NCBI GenBank assembly: GCA_963702095.1
Contig: OY969706.1
Coordinates: forward strand, 224,001 to 288,000
Direction: 5' to 3'
DNA: 64,000 nucleotides
Source of the DNA: Candidatus Bathyarchaeota archaeon
GTDB lineage: Archaea; Thermoproteota; Bathyarchaeia; Bathyarchaeales; Bathycorpusculaceae
Shown: piece after piece, positions 20,349 to 29,492 of the stretch
Layout of the letters: the number at the start of each line of letters is the position of its first letter
Numbering within the stretch: the first letter of the stretch is position 1
The notes under the pieces: generated by a model
The model's input: only the letters and a program-made list of their open reading frames with translations
The model's database searches: none
What the model was told of the DNA's origin: nothing
Made by a program: the position numbers and the translations under genes

Positions 20349-22097
20349 TTAGATTGCTTTTTTGGCGGTGAAATCCTTTTTATATTTATCCATTTTATCC
20401 TTGAAGACTTTTTTATCAGTATCTTTTTGTTCTTCGAAATCGCTCTTGTCGCTGTCAGTTTTTTCCCTAAAGTCTTTTTTGTCACTGCCTTTCTGTTCAT
20501 TGTAGTCGCTTTCGTTATTATCGCGCACTGTCTCGAAGTCTTTTTTGTCGCTATAGGTTTTTGCCTTAAAATCTTTCCTGTGAATATCCCTTTGGGCCAT
20601 CCGTTTACTTTTGTCGTTGCCAGTTTTGTCCTCAAAATCTTTTTTGTCTATGTCTTTTTGTTGGTTGTACTCTTTTTGGTTATTATCGCGCAGTTTCTCA
20701 AAATCCTTCCTTTGACCGTCGATTCTTTCTTCAAAATCTTTTCTGTCGCTATCTCTTTTTTCCTTGTAGTCGTTTTCGTTATTGCTGCTTAGTTCCTCAA
20801 AGTCCCTTTTGTCACATTCAGTTTTTTGTTTAAAATCTTTTCTATGAATATCCCTTTGCGCTAGCCATTTACTTTTGTCCTCACCTGTTTTATCCTCAAA
20901 ATCCTTCTGGTTGCTGTCTTTTTGAGTTTTGTATTCATTTTCGTTATTGTCGTTTTGTTCTTTGAAGTTCTTTTTGTCGATATCAGTTTTTTCCTTAAAA
21001 TCACTTTGATTACTGTCAATTTGTTCTTTGAAAACTTTTTTATCTCTTTTATTTTTCTCTTTAAGTGCTTTATTCAACAGCTTTTCAGCAGCAGTTCCTA
21101 ATCCATACATTTCAAAAAAGATGAATGATAAAACGAATACAAACCAAAAACTCGCAAACCCCCATAGTAGACTTGAAGCTTGCGCCATGGAGATATTTAT
21201 GCCGAGAACTTGATAGATGCCACTGGAAACTATTTGTGAGAAACCTGTTAATGCTATGCCTTGATTGCTTATAGTGCTAACTATGGTATTTGTGATTATA
21301 ATTTTGTCAAAGCCTATGAAGGAGCCAAGGGAAATGAAAACAAGGTACAAAGCTGCAATACTGCAAATCCAAGTCATGGTTTGAAAAATCATGGGTTTTA
21401 CCATACTTTTTGGTTTTTCCTTTATAATCATTACTACATCATGAAAATTAGCTATTTGAACAACAATCTTTTCTCCAAATTCGACATCAGTTTTTTTGTG
21501 CTTTATTTTAGCAATTACTTGAACAAGAAATTGAAGAAGCTTTTTAGTTACTGAAATATTTGTGCTCAAATAAACTATCAAAATGAGCGGCAGCGCAAAA
21601 AACGCCATAGTTACTCCAATAGCAACTAAAACGAAAGTGTCAATTGAATAATTCAATATTAACAGAAACATTCCCACTATCAAGGCCAAAAGAGTGACTA
21701 AAAGCTCAAGAATATCTTTGACTATTACTGAAGCCGCTACTTTAACTACATCAACACCTTCATCTCCGCCCAAAAGATAAGTCATGAAGATATCCCCCGA
21801 CCAACCCCCAATTATAAGGCAATCAAGAAAAGCGCCAACCCAACCCAGACAAAAAACCCTCTTAAACGTAGTTTTAACAGCAACATTATCAAGAGTAGCT
21901 TTCCAAGCCAATGAATTGAACGCTGCTTGACCTATAACAAGCAAAAAAACCAAGGCGTAAACTGGAATACTTACACCGCTAATTATTATTGCAACTTTTG
22001 TAAGATCTGTAAAGAAAAAAAGGTAGACAACAAAAATTATAAAACCTACTATGGCAAGTAGGCTTACCCATTTCTTAATTTCTGGTCTATTTGACAA
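20349..22097 (-). CDS. UPF0104/LPG-synthase-TM flippase-like protein with a C-terminal 11-residue repeat tail
   Basis: Multi-TM N-terminus (W...L, GGWSGD); about 21 hendecads D.D.KDF.E.. Confidence 0.75.
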   Translation of the reverse strand: MSNRPEIKKWVSLLAIVGFIIFVVYLFFFTDLTKVAIIISGVSIPVYALVFLLVIGQAAFNSLAWKATLDNVAVKTTFKRVFCLGWVGAFLDCLIIGGWSGDIFMTYLLGGDEGVDVVKVAASVIVKDILELLVTLLALIVGMFLLILNYSIDTFVLVAIGVTMAFFALPLILIVYLSTNISVTKKLLQFLVQVIAKIKHKKTDVEFGEKIVVQIANFHDVVMIIKEKPKSMVKPMIFQTMTWICSIAALYLVFISLGSFIGFDKIIITNTIVSTISNQGIALTGFSQIVSSGIYQVLGINISMAQASSLLWGFASFWFVFVLSFIFFEMYGLGTAAEKLLNKALKEKNKRDKKVFKEQIDSNQSDFKEKTDIDKKNFKEQNDNNENEYKTQKDSNQKDFEDKTGEDKSKWLAQRDIHRKDFKQKTECDKRDFEELSSNNENDYKEKRDSDRKDFEERIDGQRKDFEKLRDNNQKEYNQQKDIDKKDFEDKTGNDKSKRMAQRDIHRKDFKAKTYSDKKDFETVRDNNESDYNEQKGSDKKDFREKTDSDKSDFEEQKDTDKKVFKDKMDKYKKDFTAKKAI

Positions 22098-22233
22098 TAT
22101 TTACTCAATACCTGTTGTCTGCCTAGTGTTTCACGCATTTCAGTACCTATTCAGTGTTAATTGTGAAGTGGGGGTCAAATCCTTAGCTCGTGTGCGCTAT
22201 CTTGCGTTATTACTGTCAAACTTACATTTGCTG

Positions 22234-22434
22234 TTATGCTTTCTTTGGTTTTATGCTAAGTTTAACGTTAATCTCAATGGTGTATTCTTTGTCCGTGTTT
22301 CCAACAGCGAAGTTCCAGTTCTTCACCTCTACGTCCATATCCTTAAAATGATTCATTAAAGAATTCTTATATTCACTAACGGTCTGGCCCATATTCTGCA
22401 ACCGTTCAGTTATGTCTATATTTTTTTCAGTCAT
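22234..22434 (-). CDS. Small hypothetical protein
   Basis: 66 aa; GAGG ribosome-binding site; motif-bearing promoter. Confidence 0.65.
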   Translation of the reverse strand: MTEKNIDITERLQNMGQTVSEYKNSLMNHFKDMDVEVKNWNFAVGNTDKEYTIEINVKLSIKPKKA

Positions 22435-22497
22435 TCAAATACGCCTCTAAAACTCCAATTTATACAACCGTTAACCTGCACATTGCTCTTAAGGCTA

Positions 22498-22521
22498 TGT
22501 CGCTGGGAACTAACACCTACA
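22498..22521 (-). promoter_or_regulatory. Palindromic regulator site 3
   Basis: Sense TGTAGGTG-N8-CAGCGACA, 5 nt before TTAAG. Confidence 0.75.
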
Positions 22522-22752
22522 AGTAAATTACAAATTCCGGTACATGAAAATTTTCTGTGAGATTACACTTTCTATCCCAGATCAACGCATGAGAATTTTC
22601 TTTGCAAAAGAAAAGTTACAGGACCATTTTTGAATCGTATCTGAAAAAGGTTCAAGACTGACTCAAAGAGCCTCAATGACCCTGCCTAAGGTGTGTTTTG
22701 AGCATATTTAGAGGGATATAACTTTTTAGCGGTGAAATGGATGTGGCAGGGC

Positions 22753-22776
22753 TGTAGCTGTTAGTTACCAGTCACA
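22753..22776 (+). promoter_or_regulatory. Palindromic regulator site 4
   Basis: TGTAGCTG-N8-CAGTCACA, 4 nt before TTAAAA. Confidence 0.75.
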
Positions 22777-22819
22777 CACCTTAAAATTTCAAAGCATCTC
22801 CTTTGAAGCAGGAAAATAG

Positions 22820-23179
22820 ATGTCTGTAAAATTTTCACTAAGTGAAATAATCGCTGCAATCCTAAATGAAATCAAAGAGGCACTCAAAGAATACGCCAAT
22901 CAAGCGGAAGTCGCCTTCAAAAAACGCATCAAAAAACTCTTAATAATAAGCATAGTCGGCGCCGTCTTGATGTCGCTGGGAATCTCACTCGCTGGGTCAG
23001 CAGCCCTGTTCATCCTCATTGGCTCACTAAGATACCTAGAAACCTCTATGCCCGCATGGCAAGCCTGGCTCATCATGGGAACCACCTCCGCCATCGCAGC
23101 AGCAGCACTATTCACAGTGCTCTTTCTAACAATAAGAAAACAGTTATCCTCACCCAAAGTGCCGCCTGAACAAAAATAA
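22820..23179 (+). CDS. Two-TM holin-like/YqjE-like membrane protein
   Basis: Amphipathic N-terminus, two TM helices with PAWQAWLI loop. Confidence 0.6.
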   Translation: MSVKFSLSEIIAAILNEIKEALKEYANQAEVAFKKRIKKLLIISIVGAVLMSLGISLAGSAALFILIGSLRYLETSMPAWQAWLIMGTTSAIAAAALFTVLFLTIRKQLSSPKVPPEQK

Positions 23180-23378
23180 GGCGCCTACTCTTTTTATTGA
23201 CATTTTCTGAGTCCAATCAGCATTTTGAATTTTTGCCTCTTTATTTCTTGGTGATGAGAAAAACAATGAATTCATGCATAATTTCTACGAAAAGCGAAAA
23301 CAGTCGATTAGTTTGAGGGGTAAAGGAACTATAAATACCCATTGATATAAAAATAATTGAAGTCCAGATTGAAAATCT

Positions 23379-23402
23379 TGTAGCTGTAGGGCCCCATTCA
23401 CA
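23379..23402 (+). promoter_or_regulatory. Palindromic regulator site 5 (orphan)
   Basis: TGTAGCTG-N8-CATTCACA before TTATTTAT; no long ORF downstream. Confidence 0.6.
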
Positions 23403-23729
23403 AAGTTATTTATCCAAAATTAAGCATTAGGTGGAATTGCTTTGGCGGATCAGCGTTAAACAAGATGCGAATGGTTTGTAACCCCTGTTCCTTCTCGAAT
23501 GTTCGCGTTCTGATGGCGTGTGTAGGTCCGCCAAAAATATTCTAAGTCACTTGCGGTTTATCAAGAGACTTATTTGCGCAATCCAAGTTTTGCCGATCTT
23601 AGCAACTGTTATTTCTGAAAAAAAAGCTTAAACAAAAAAGGACAAAGAAAGCAAGTTAAGATTTCGCCGCTTGTAAATTGATTAGCCGTACCACAACCTT
23701 TCGCAAACAGATAAAAAAGATGGGCGTTG

Positions 23730-24099
23730 TTATCTTGCCAGCAAACCGCCTATGAATCCGCCGATCGTTGACGCGATCGCTCCAAAGATAGCAAGGATAA
23801 TCGCTATTACTCCAACTGCCAGCCCAGCCAAGCCGCCGAAAAGCGCCGCCCATAATCCCGCCGGAGACTCCTCCAATAACTGCGAGACCGACGACTGCGA
23901 GGAGGGTAATTATGATACCGCCGAATATGCCTGCGAGGAAACCAGCTAATGCGCCTGTCAATATGCCGCCGCGTGCTATGATGCCTGCTACAAATCCGCC
24001 TATTAACCCACCTATCAAATGTCCAATGCCCGGAAACAGCCAACCAAGAACTAATGTTATGAGGAAACCAACTAAAGCTCCAAGCCACAAACTTCCCAT
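23730..24099 (-). CDS. Gly-rich membrane protein (DUF5518-like), one frameshift
   Basis: GG..GGF.AG repeats; removing one T near 23840 restores ...IGGFIGGLLAR. Confidence 0.7.
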
Positions 24100-24181
24100 A
24101 AAATCACCACCTTTTTTCCAATCAGAAAATTTTTGTCCATAAAACAACATACAACATTACAATTGCGTTTGAATGCTAAGT

Positions 24182-24508
24182 TTATGAGAATATGAAGCCT
24201 ATGATTACACCTGCTATGAGTCCAATGCCTAGCGGTAGCATGCCTATGAGAAGTACCCCGTATTGAACTACTATGGAACCATATGTGTCTGATAGGCCTT
24301 TCAACGCCCCAAGACTCAAACCGAAAAAGCCGAAGTAGCTAACTACCAAGAGTATAATCGCAGCAATAATAGCAATCTTTAGCATTTTGTGGGCTAGATA
24401 GCCGACGACTAAGCCAAGAATGAATGGAATAATCATTAACACAATTGGCGGCAAACCGCCTATGCTCCCGGAAGTAATAAACTGAATTACTTCATCTATC
24501 GCGCCCAA
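24182..24508 (-). CDS. FUN14-like membrane protein
   Basis: G..VGY..HKMLKIA...; C-terminal G.G..AG...G. Confidence 0.6.
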   Translation of the reverse strand: MGAIDEVIQFITSGSIGGLPPIVLMIIPFILGLVVGYLAHKMLKIAIIAAIILLVVSYFGFFGLSLGALKGLSDTYGSIVVQYGVLLIGMLPLGIGLIAGVIIGFIFS

Positions 24509-24560
24509 AATCTACAACTCCACAGTTAAGCCATAGTAGTATAAATGGCTATTAAGCCTG

Positions 24561-24584
24561 TGTAGCTGGGGCTCCCCAGCAACA
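24561..24584 (-). promoter_or_regulatory. Palindromic regulator site 6
   Basis: Sense TGTTGCTG-N8-CAGCTACA, 5 nt before TTAATA. Confidence 0.75.
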
Positions 24585-24663
24585 GAGCGGTGTGCTGTTT
24601 GGGGAATTCAGGGGCGTAGCGATTTAGACTAAAACTCAGCTTATTCTCTTCAGGGAAAAGTTT

Positions 24664-24837
24664 TTAGCGTTTTCTTTGTTGTCTCTGTTTTTTACCAGTA
24701 GACCATTTGCCCGTTTGGGATTCTCCTAGTTTGCGGGGCTCTTTTTTGTTCTCGTGTGAGTATCTTGGCGGTTGCTTTTTTATATGGGGTGTTTGCGGGG
24801 TTGTTTCTTGCTTTTCTGCATTTTCTTTCTCATTCAT
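24664..24837 (-). CDS. Small basic hydrophilic protein
   Basis: Hand translation, 57 aa, MNEKENAEKQ...KQRQQRKR; overlaps the upstream gene end. Confidence 0.45.
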   Translation of the reverse strand: MNEKENAEKQETTPQTPHIKKQPPRYSHENKKEPRKLGESQTGKWSTGKKQRQQRKR

Positions 24838-25147
24838 GCTCTTTTACCTCAGCTCTGTCTTCGCTGTAATCTCTATCCTCATGGGCTTCTTCTTCCACTT
24901 CATCCTGCAACGCTTCTTCACGTCCGCTTGCTTCTTCACCTTCAACGCTTGCCCTGTCTTCAGCCTGACCTTTCGGCGGATACACCTTATCCAACCAAAC
25001 CTCAAACTGTACCTTATATTCAGAGCTCGAAAAGGCCCAATCGCATAATCCACCAATGACTTTACTAACGTCAATATCGTGATCGTCAGCTAACGCTTTT
25101 AGAAAATTCGCCCAATTTACAGGTAAAGGAACTGAAGAACTACTCAT
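24830..25147 (-). CDS. Hypothetical protein with acidic tail
   Basis: RHH-like N-terminus and Glu-rich C-terminus. Confidence 0.55.
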   Translation of the reverse strand: MSSSSVPLPVNWANFLKALADDHDIDVSKVIGGLCDWAFSSSEYKVQFEVWLDKVYPPKGQAEDRASVEGEEASGREEALQDEVEEEAHEDRDYSEDRAEVKEHE

Positions 25148-25447
25148 AAATAGAATCTCCAGTAACCTTATTACTGTTAAGGAATATTTAAGCTTCTTAA
25201 GCACTTGAAAATAGAGTCAACCGAGAAAAATCGACCTAATTGCTAAACGAGTTTAAATCTCCGTGTGGCAATATATAGGCTGTAAGTCAGCGGTTTTGGA
25301 ACAGCAAAATGATAGCCCCCAATCTCTTACTGATCAAATCTATCTTATTCGGCATGACTCCAAAACATGAGCGATCCCCCAAAATTTCGTAGAAAAGCTG
25401 ACTAAGTTAAAAAAATCATTAATGAATAATACCGAGGAAAAAATAAC

Positions 25448-27088
25448 ATGGCATATTTAACACAAACCCAAAGTGGTCAACCTGTACTCATCTTGAAAGA
25501 AGGAACCACACGAAGTAGAGGCAAAGAAGCCCAACGAAACAACATTATGGCAGCCCGAGTAATCGGTGAAGTTCTCAAAACTACATTGGGACCACGTGGC
25601 ATGGATAAAATGCTCATCGACAGCCTTGGAGACATCACTATAACCAACGATGGTGCCACAATTCTCAAGGAAATGGATGTGGAGCATCCAGCAGCAAAAA
25701 TGATGATTGAAATCGCCAAAACCCAAGACGACATGGTCGGCGACGGAACCACAACCGTTGTAGTGCTAGCCAGCGAACTTCTCAAAAAAGCCGAAGATCT
25801 CCTAGACCAGAACGTCCACCCCATGATACTCGTTGCAGGATACCGCAAGGCAGCACAGAAAGCAATCGAAATCATAGCGAAAAATGCGGTGGCCATTGAC
25901 GTTGAGGATCAAAAGATGATGATGAAAGTCGCTTTAACATCCATGGGAAGCAAAGCGGTGGGTGGTGCTAAAGAGCACTTTGCAGAAATAGCAATAGAAG
26001 CTATAAAACAGGTAGCTCAGAAGCAAGGTGATAAGACGATAGCTGATATAGATAACATACAACTGGTGAAGAAGACGGGAAAAAGCCTCATCGAGACGCA
26101 ACTCGTCAGAGGCATAATCGTAGATAAAGAAGTCGTCAATCCAGGAATGCCCAAAAAGATAGAGAACGCGAAAATCGCACTTTTAGATATTGCACTAGAG
26201 ATTGAAAAAACCGAAATAACCGCGGAAATACGCATCCATGAGCCAAACCAGATGAAAGCGTTTCTAGACCAAGAGGATAGTACACTCAAAGAGATGGTAA
26301 CAAAGATCAAAGCTTCAGGCGCAAACATTGTGTTCTGCCAGAAAGGTATCGACGATATGGTTCAGCACTTCCTATCCAAAGAAGGCATCATAGCAGCACG
26401 CAGAGTCAAAGAATCCGACATGGAAAAGCTCGCGAGAGCCACAGGCGGACGAGTAAACTCCAACTTGAATGATTTAAAGGCGGCAGACTTGGGTTTTGCC
26501 GGCTTAGTGGAGGAACGCAAAATCGGCGATGACAAAATGATTTTCGTCGAGAAATGCAAAGACCCCCATTCAGTGGCCATCCTCATTCGAGCAGGGCTTG
26601 AAAGAATGGTGGATGAAGCTGAAAGAGTAATAACCGACGCGTTGTCAGTAATTTCAGATGTCACGGAAAACAATAAAATCGTCGCTGGCGGGGGGGCAAT
26701 CGAAATCGAAATCGCCAAAGGACTCCGCAAATACGCAACCAAAGTCGGCGGAAGACAACAACTCGCAGTAGAGGCATTCGCAGATGCAGTTGAAGTTATC
26801 CCACGCACGCTCGCAGAGAACGGAGGCTTAGAACCAATCGACATACTCATAGAGCTACGTCAAATACACGACAAAGAAGACGGCAAATACATCGGCATCA
26901 ACGTCTTCACAGGCAAACTCCAAAACAGCATCGAAAACGGCGTCATAGAACCAGTTGTTGTCAAAGAGCAAGCTATCAAATCCGCAGCCGAATCCGCAGC
27001 CATGATACTGCGCGTAGACGATATTATAACTGCCAAATCCCCAAAGGGTGGACCAGGTGGAATGCCTGGCGGCATGGGAGAAGAATAA
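25448..27088 (+). CDS. ths: Thermosome (group II chaperonin) subunit
   Basis: TLGPRGMDKM, ITNDGATIL, GDGTTT, GGM tail. Confidence 0.97.
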   Translation: MAYLTQTQSGQPVLILKEGTTRSRGKEAQRNNIMAARVIGEVLKTTLGPRGMDKMLIDSLGDITITNDGATILKEMDVEHPAAKMMIEIAKTQDDMVGDGTTTVVVLASELLKKAEDLLDQNVHPMILVAGYRKAAQKAIEIIAKNAVAIDVEDQKMMMKVALTSMGSKAVGGAKEHFAEIAIEAIKQVAQKQGDKTIADIDNIQLVKKTGKSLIETQLVRGIIVDKEVVNPGMPKKIENAKIALLDIALEIEKTEITAEIRIHEPNQMKAFLDQEDSTLKEMVTKIKASGANIVFCQKGIDDMVQHFLSKEGIIAARRVKESDMEKLARATGGRVNSNLNDLKAADLGFAGLVEERKIGDDKMIFVEKCKDPHSVAILIRAGLERMVDEAERVITDALSVISDVTENNKIVAGGGAIEIEIAKGLRKYATKVGGRQQLAVEAFADAVEVIPRTLAENGGLEPIDILIELRQIHDKEDGKYIGINVFTGKLQNSIENGVIEPVVVKEQAIKSAAESAAMILRVDDIITAKSPKGGPGGMPGGMGEE

Positions 27089-27126
27089 ATGTCTCCCTTT
27101 ACGATAACGCTGAGAAGGGATTAATC

Positions 27127-27351
27127 ATGCCAAAATGTCCAAATTGTACAGCGCACACGCAAAGGCCTGATAAGGAATGGGACTTTGGGCGATTCCGTGT
27201 CAAGTTATATAAGTGTCAAAAATGTGGAAATCAATTTAGAGAATTTTTCATGGAAAATACGCTGAAATTTGTGTTGAGCGCACACAACGGTGGTTTAGGA
27301 AAAATCAGAGCTACAAAAGAAACGCTGGACAGACAAAAAACCTACCAATAA
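27127..27351 (+). CDS. Zn-ribbon protein
   Basis: CPNC...KEW....VKLYKCQKCG. Confidence 0.65.
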   Translation: MPKCPNCTAHTQRPDKEWDFGRFRVKLYKCQKCGNQFREFFMENTLKFVLSAHNGGLGKIRATKETLDRQKTYQ

Positions 27352-27436
27352 CCGTTTTTTAGGTACAACAGAGAAATGATTTCTTAAAATATTGCAAGAA
27401 ATATAGTGAGTGAGCATAAAAAGCTCACTTTACCAA

Positions 27437-28015
27437 CTATTTCACTACCACTTTATGCTTTTTAGGTGCGGGTGCAATCATCTTCTTTGGAACGCAGACC
27501 TCAAGTAATCCGTCCTTAAATGTGGATTCAGCTTTCTCAGGGATTACTTCTTCGGGGAACGACAGTTGTTTGTAAACATGCGAGTAAACGCGTTCTCGGA
27601 CAACAAAGGTCTTCTCCTTGTCTTCTGTTTCAACGTCTGTTTCAGCCGAGATTTCAATACCATCGTTCGTTAGGGCTACATCAATCTTGTCTTTTGCTAC
27701 GCCTGGCAATTCAGCATGCAAAACAAACCTGTTTTCTTCATCAACCAGATCAACAGTTGCCTCACGAACCGGAACTTCAGGTTCAAGACTCACCCAATCC
27801 CAAGGAAAAGCTATGCTTTCAATGAAGTTTTTGCGAAAATCACTGTACAATTCATCAAAAGTTGTCAGAACATGAACTGCGGGAACAGTCTTTGCAGGAA
27901 CATGTTTCGCCGGAAGATGTTTAGCAGGGATAATTTTTACAGGTTTTACTGTTACTTCAGCTTTCTTTATCGCCTTCAACGGCGTATTCTTTTCTTCTTT
28001 ACTCATTTTTTTCAC
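27437..28015 (-). CDS. hsp20: Small heat-shock protein (Hsp20)
   Basis: AELPGV.K..I, RERVY, A...FKDGLLEV.VPK; N-terminal PAK(H/T)xP pentapeptide repeats. Confidence 0.92.
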   Translation of the reverse strand: MKKMSKEEKNTPLKAIKKAEVTVKPVKIIPAKHLPAKHVPAKTVPAVHVLTTFDELYSDFRKNFIESIAFPWDWVSLEPEVPVREATVDLVDEENRFVLHAELPGVAKDKIDVALTNDGIEISAETDVETEDKEKTFVVRERVYSHVYKQLSFPEEVIPEKAESTFKDGLLEVCVPKKMIAPAPKKHKVVVK

Positions 28016-28237
28016 CTCGATTAATTTTTGTTACTAAGATTAACTTGAATCAGCTCTTTTCTTTCTGCAGCTACCGTCTCCCCGCAATTTCTTTGGAGAT
28101 ATTTTCAAGTCCCATTGCTAACTCCTACGCTGTCAAAACTGAATAGCGCGTAAATCTTACCTTCTTTGTCGATGAAGCAACCACCAAATTCCTTACGGCG
28201 GTATTCTGAACCTTTTCAGCACCACATTTCTGAGACA

Positions 28238-28304
28238 GGGGGACCTCAGCTATTAGCCCTTCACGCATTGAACCTTCAGGTGTCGAGGGCTGGCTGGCTT
28301 CCCT
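28238..28304 (+). ncRNA. Candidate structured RNA/DNA hairpin (copy 2)
   Basis: Stems CAGCTA/TGGCTG, AGCCCT/AGGGCT, ACGC/GTGT, closed by GGGGA/TTCCC. Confidence 0.45.
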
Positions 28305-28349
28305 AAATTCTCTCCACAAAAAGATGCCTCAAAATTGAGTTAATAGACG

Positions 28350-28505
28350 GGTGAAAGAGGGGGGCAATCTTTTTTGGTTATCCATGTTATTACTGCTTCT
28401 TCGACTGCTCGGGATAGGTCGCTTTTTTCCACCAAATTTCTCCACCGTTTTCAACCTGAGTTGCTTTTCCAAGTCATCATGTATATCCACAGTTATTCGA
28501 CCCAT
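28350..28505 (-). pseudogene. RHH paralog, frameshifted
   Basis: MGRITVDIHDDLEKQLRLKTVEKFGGK, then DLSRAVEEAVITW in another frame. Confidence 0.7.
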
Positions 28506-28716
28506 ACCAATCATCTTTAGTGTTAGTTTATTGCACGGTTCCACGTGTCAAGCATATTTCCAATAAGCAAACTGCCAAACGCCGATTTTAAATTTTATTT
28601 GAGTCGTCATTTTCATTCACAACGCCTTAGCTTATTGGTTTATCAACATAAGTTACTATACACATACGTGCTTATACGCATATCTGTTTACGTCAGAGTC
28701 TATTAAGCAAGCATTC

Positions 28717-28908
28717 GAAATCGCTAAAGAACTACGCAAAGACAGCATTGAAAACGGCGTCAACGAACCAATCGTCGTTAAAGAACAAGCCATCAAATCC
28801 GCAGCCGAATCAGCAGCTATGATCCTACGAGTAGACGACATCATAACAGCCAAATCTCCAAGGGGCGGTTCAGGCGGCGGAATGCCTGGCGGCATGGGTG
28901 AAGAATAA
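28717..28908 (+). pseudogene. Thermosome 3' remnant with internal deletion
   Basis: EIAKELRK joined to [43 protein letters not shown]...MGEE. Confidence 0.85.
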
Positions 28909-29492
28909 AATTCACCTTTAAATTTTAAAATTTTCTCGTAGAAAACTCTTGATTTTAGGGGTTATTTCGCCCTGCGATTGTGCTTCTCTGGTTAGCGATT
29001 ATTCAGAGTCTATGTCTAAAGTCCATGTCAGTTCTTTGGCGGTTCAATATTGTTTACTTAGTTTTCTTTCGATGATGACCCCTCACGGGCGCTTCCATCT
29101 ACCTAAAAAAAGATAAAATCCGCCAAGATAAAAACACAACAAAATTTTAACTTAAAAGAGCATACAATCCTGCTTATGGTTAAGTTCCCAAGCGCTCTTA
29201 TGTTTTAACCTTTATTCACATACTCTTATGTAACGTAGGATTAGGAAAAGCAAACTCCACCCTGAAGGTTAAAGGATGGACGGTTCCGTCGTTGCTATAT
29301 GTTCCCGCCAAATAATTGCTCTTAATCAATTTTAGTCGAATTGACGTATTATTTGTCTAAAAATTAAAAACAGGTATAATAACTACGCTTTATCTTAATT
29401 GAACTGCGCAGATTGTATTATTCACTTATTAAAGCCCTAATTCGGTTTTTTTGGTTTAGTGAAGATTCTGGCGGGAAAATACAGGTAGAAAA

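Noticed and set aside
25457-27075. Long antisense ORFs inside thermosome, aconitase and other genes
   Set aside because: Shadow frames of well-supported genes on the opposite strand.
28238-28304. HDV-like ribozyme or SECIS element
   Set aside because: The required pseudoknot or SECIS core motifs could not be built in both copies.
29230-29310. Riboswitch upstream of tfb
   Set aside because: No recognisable consensus or convincing conserved fold.
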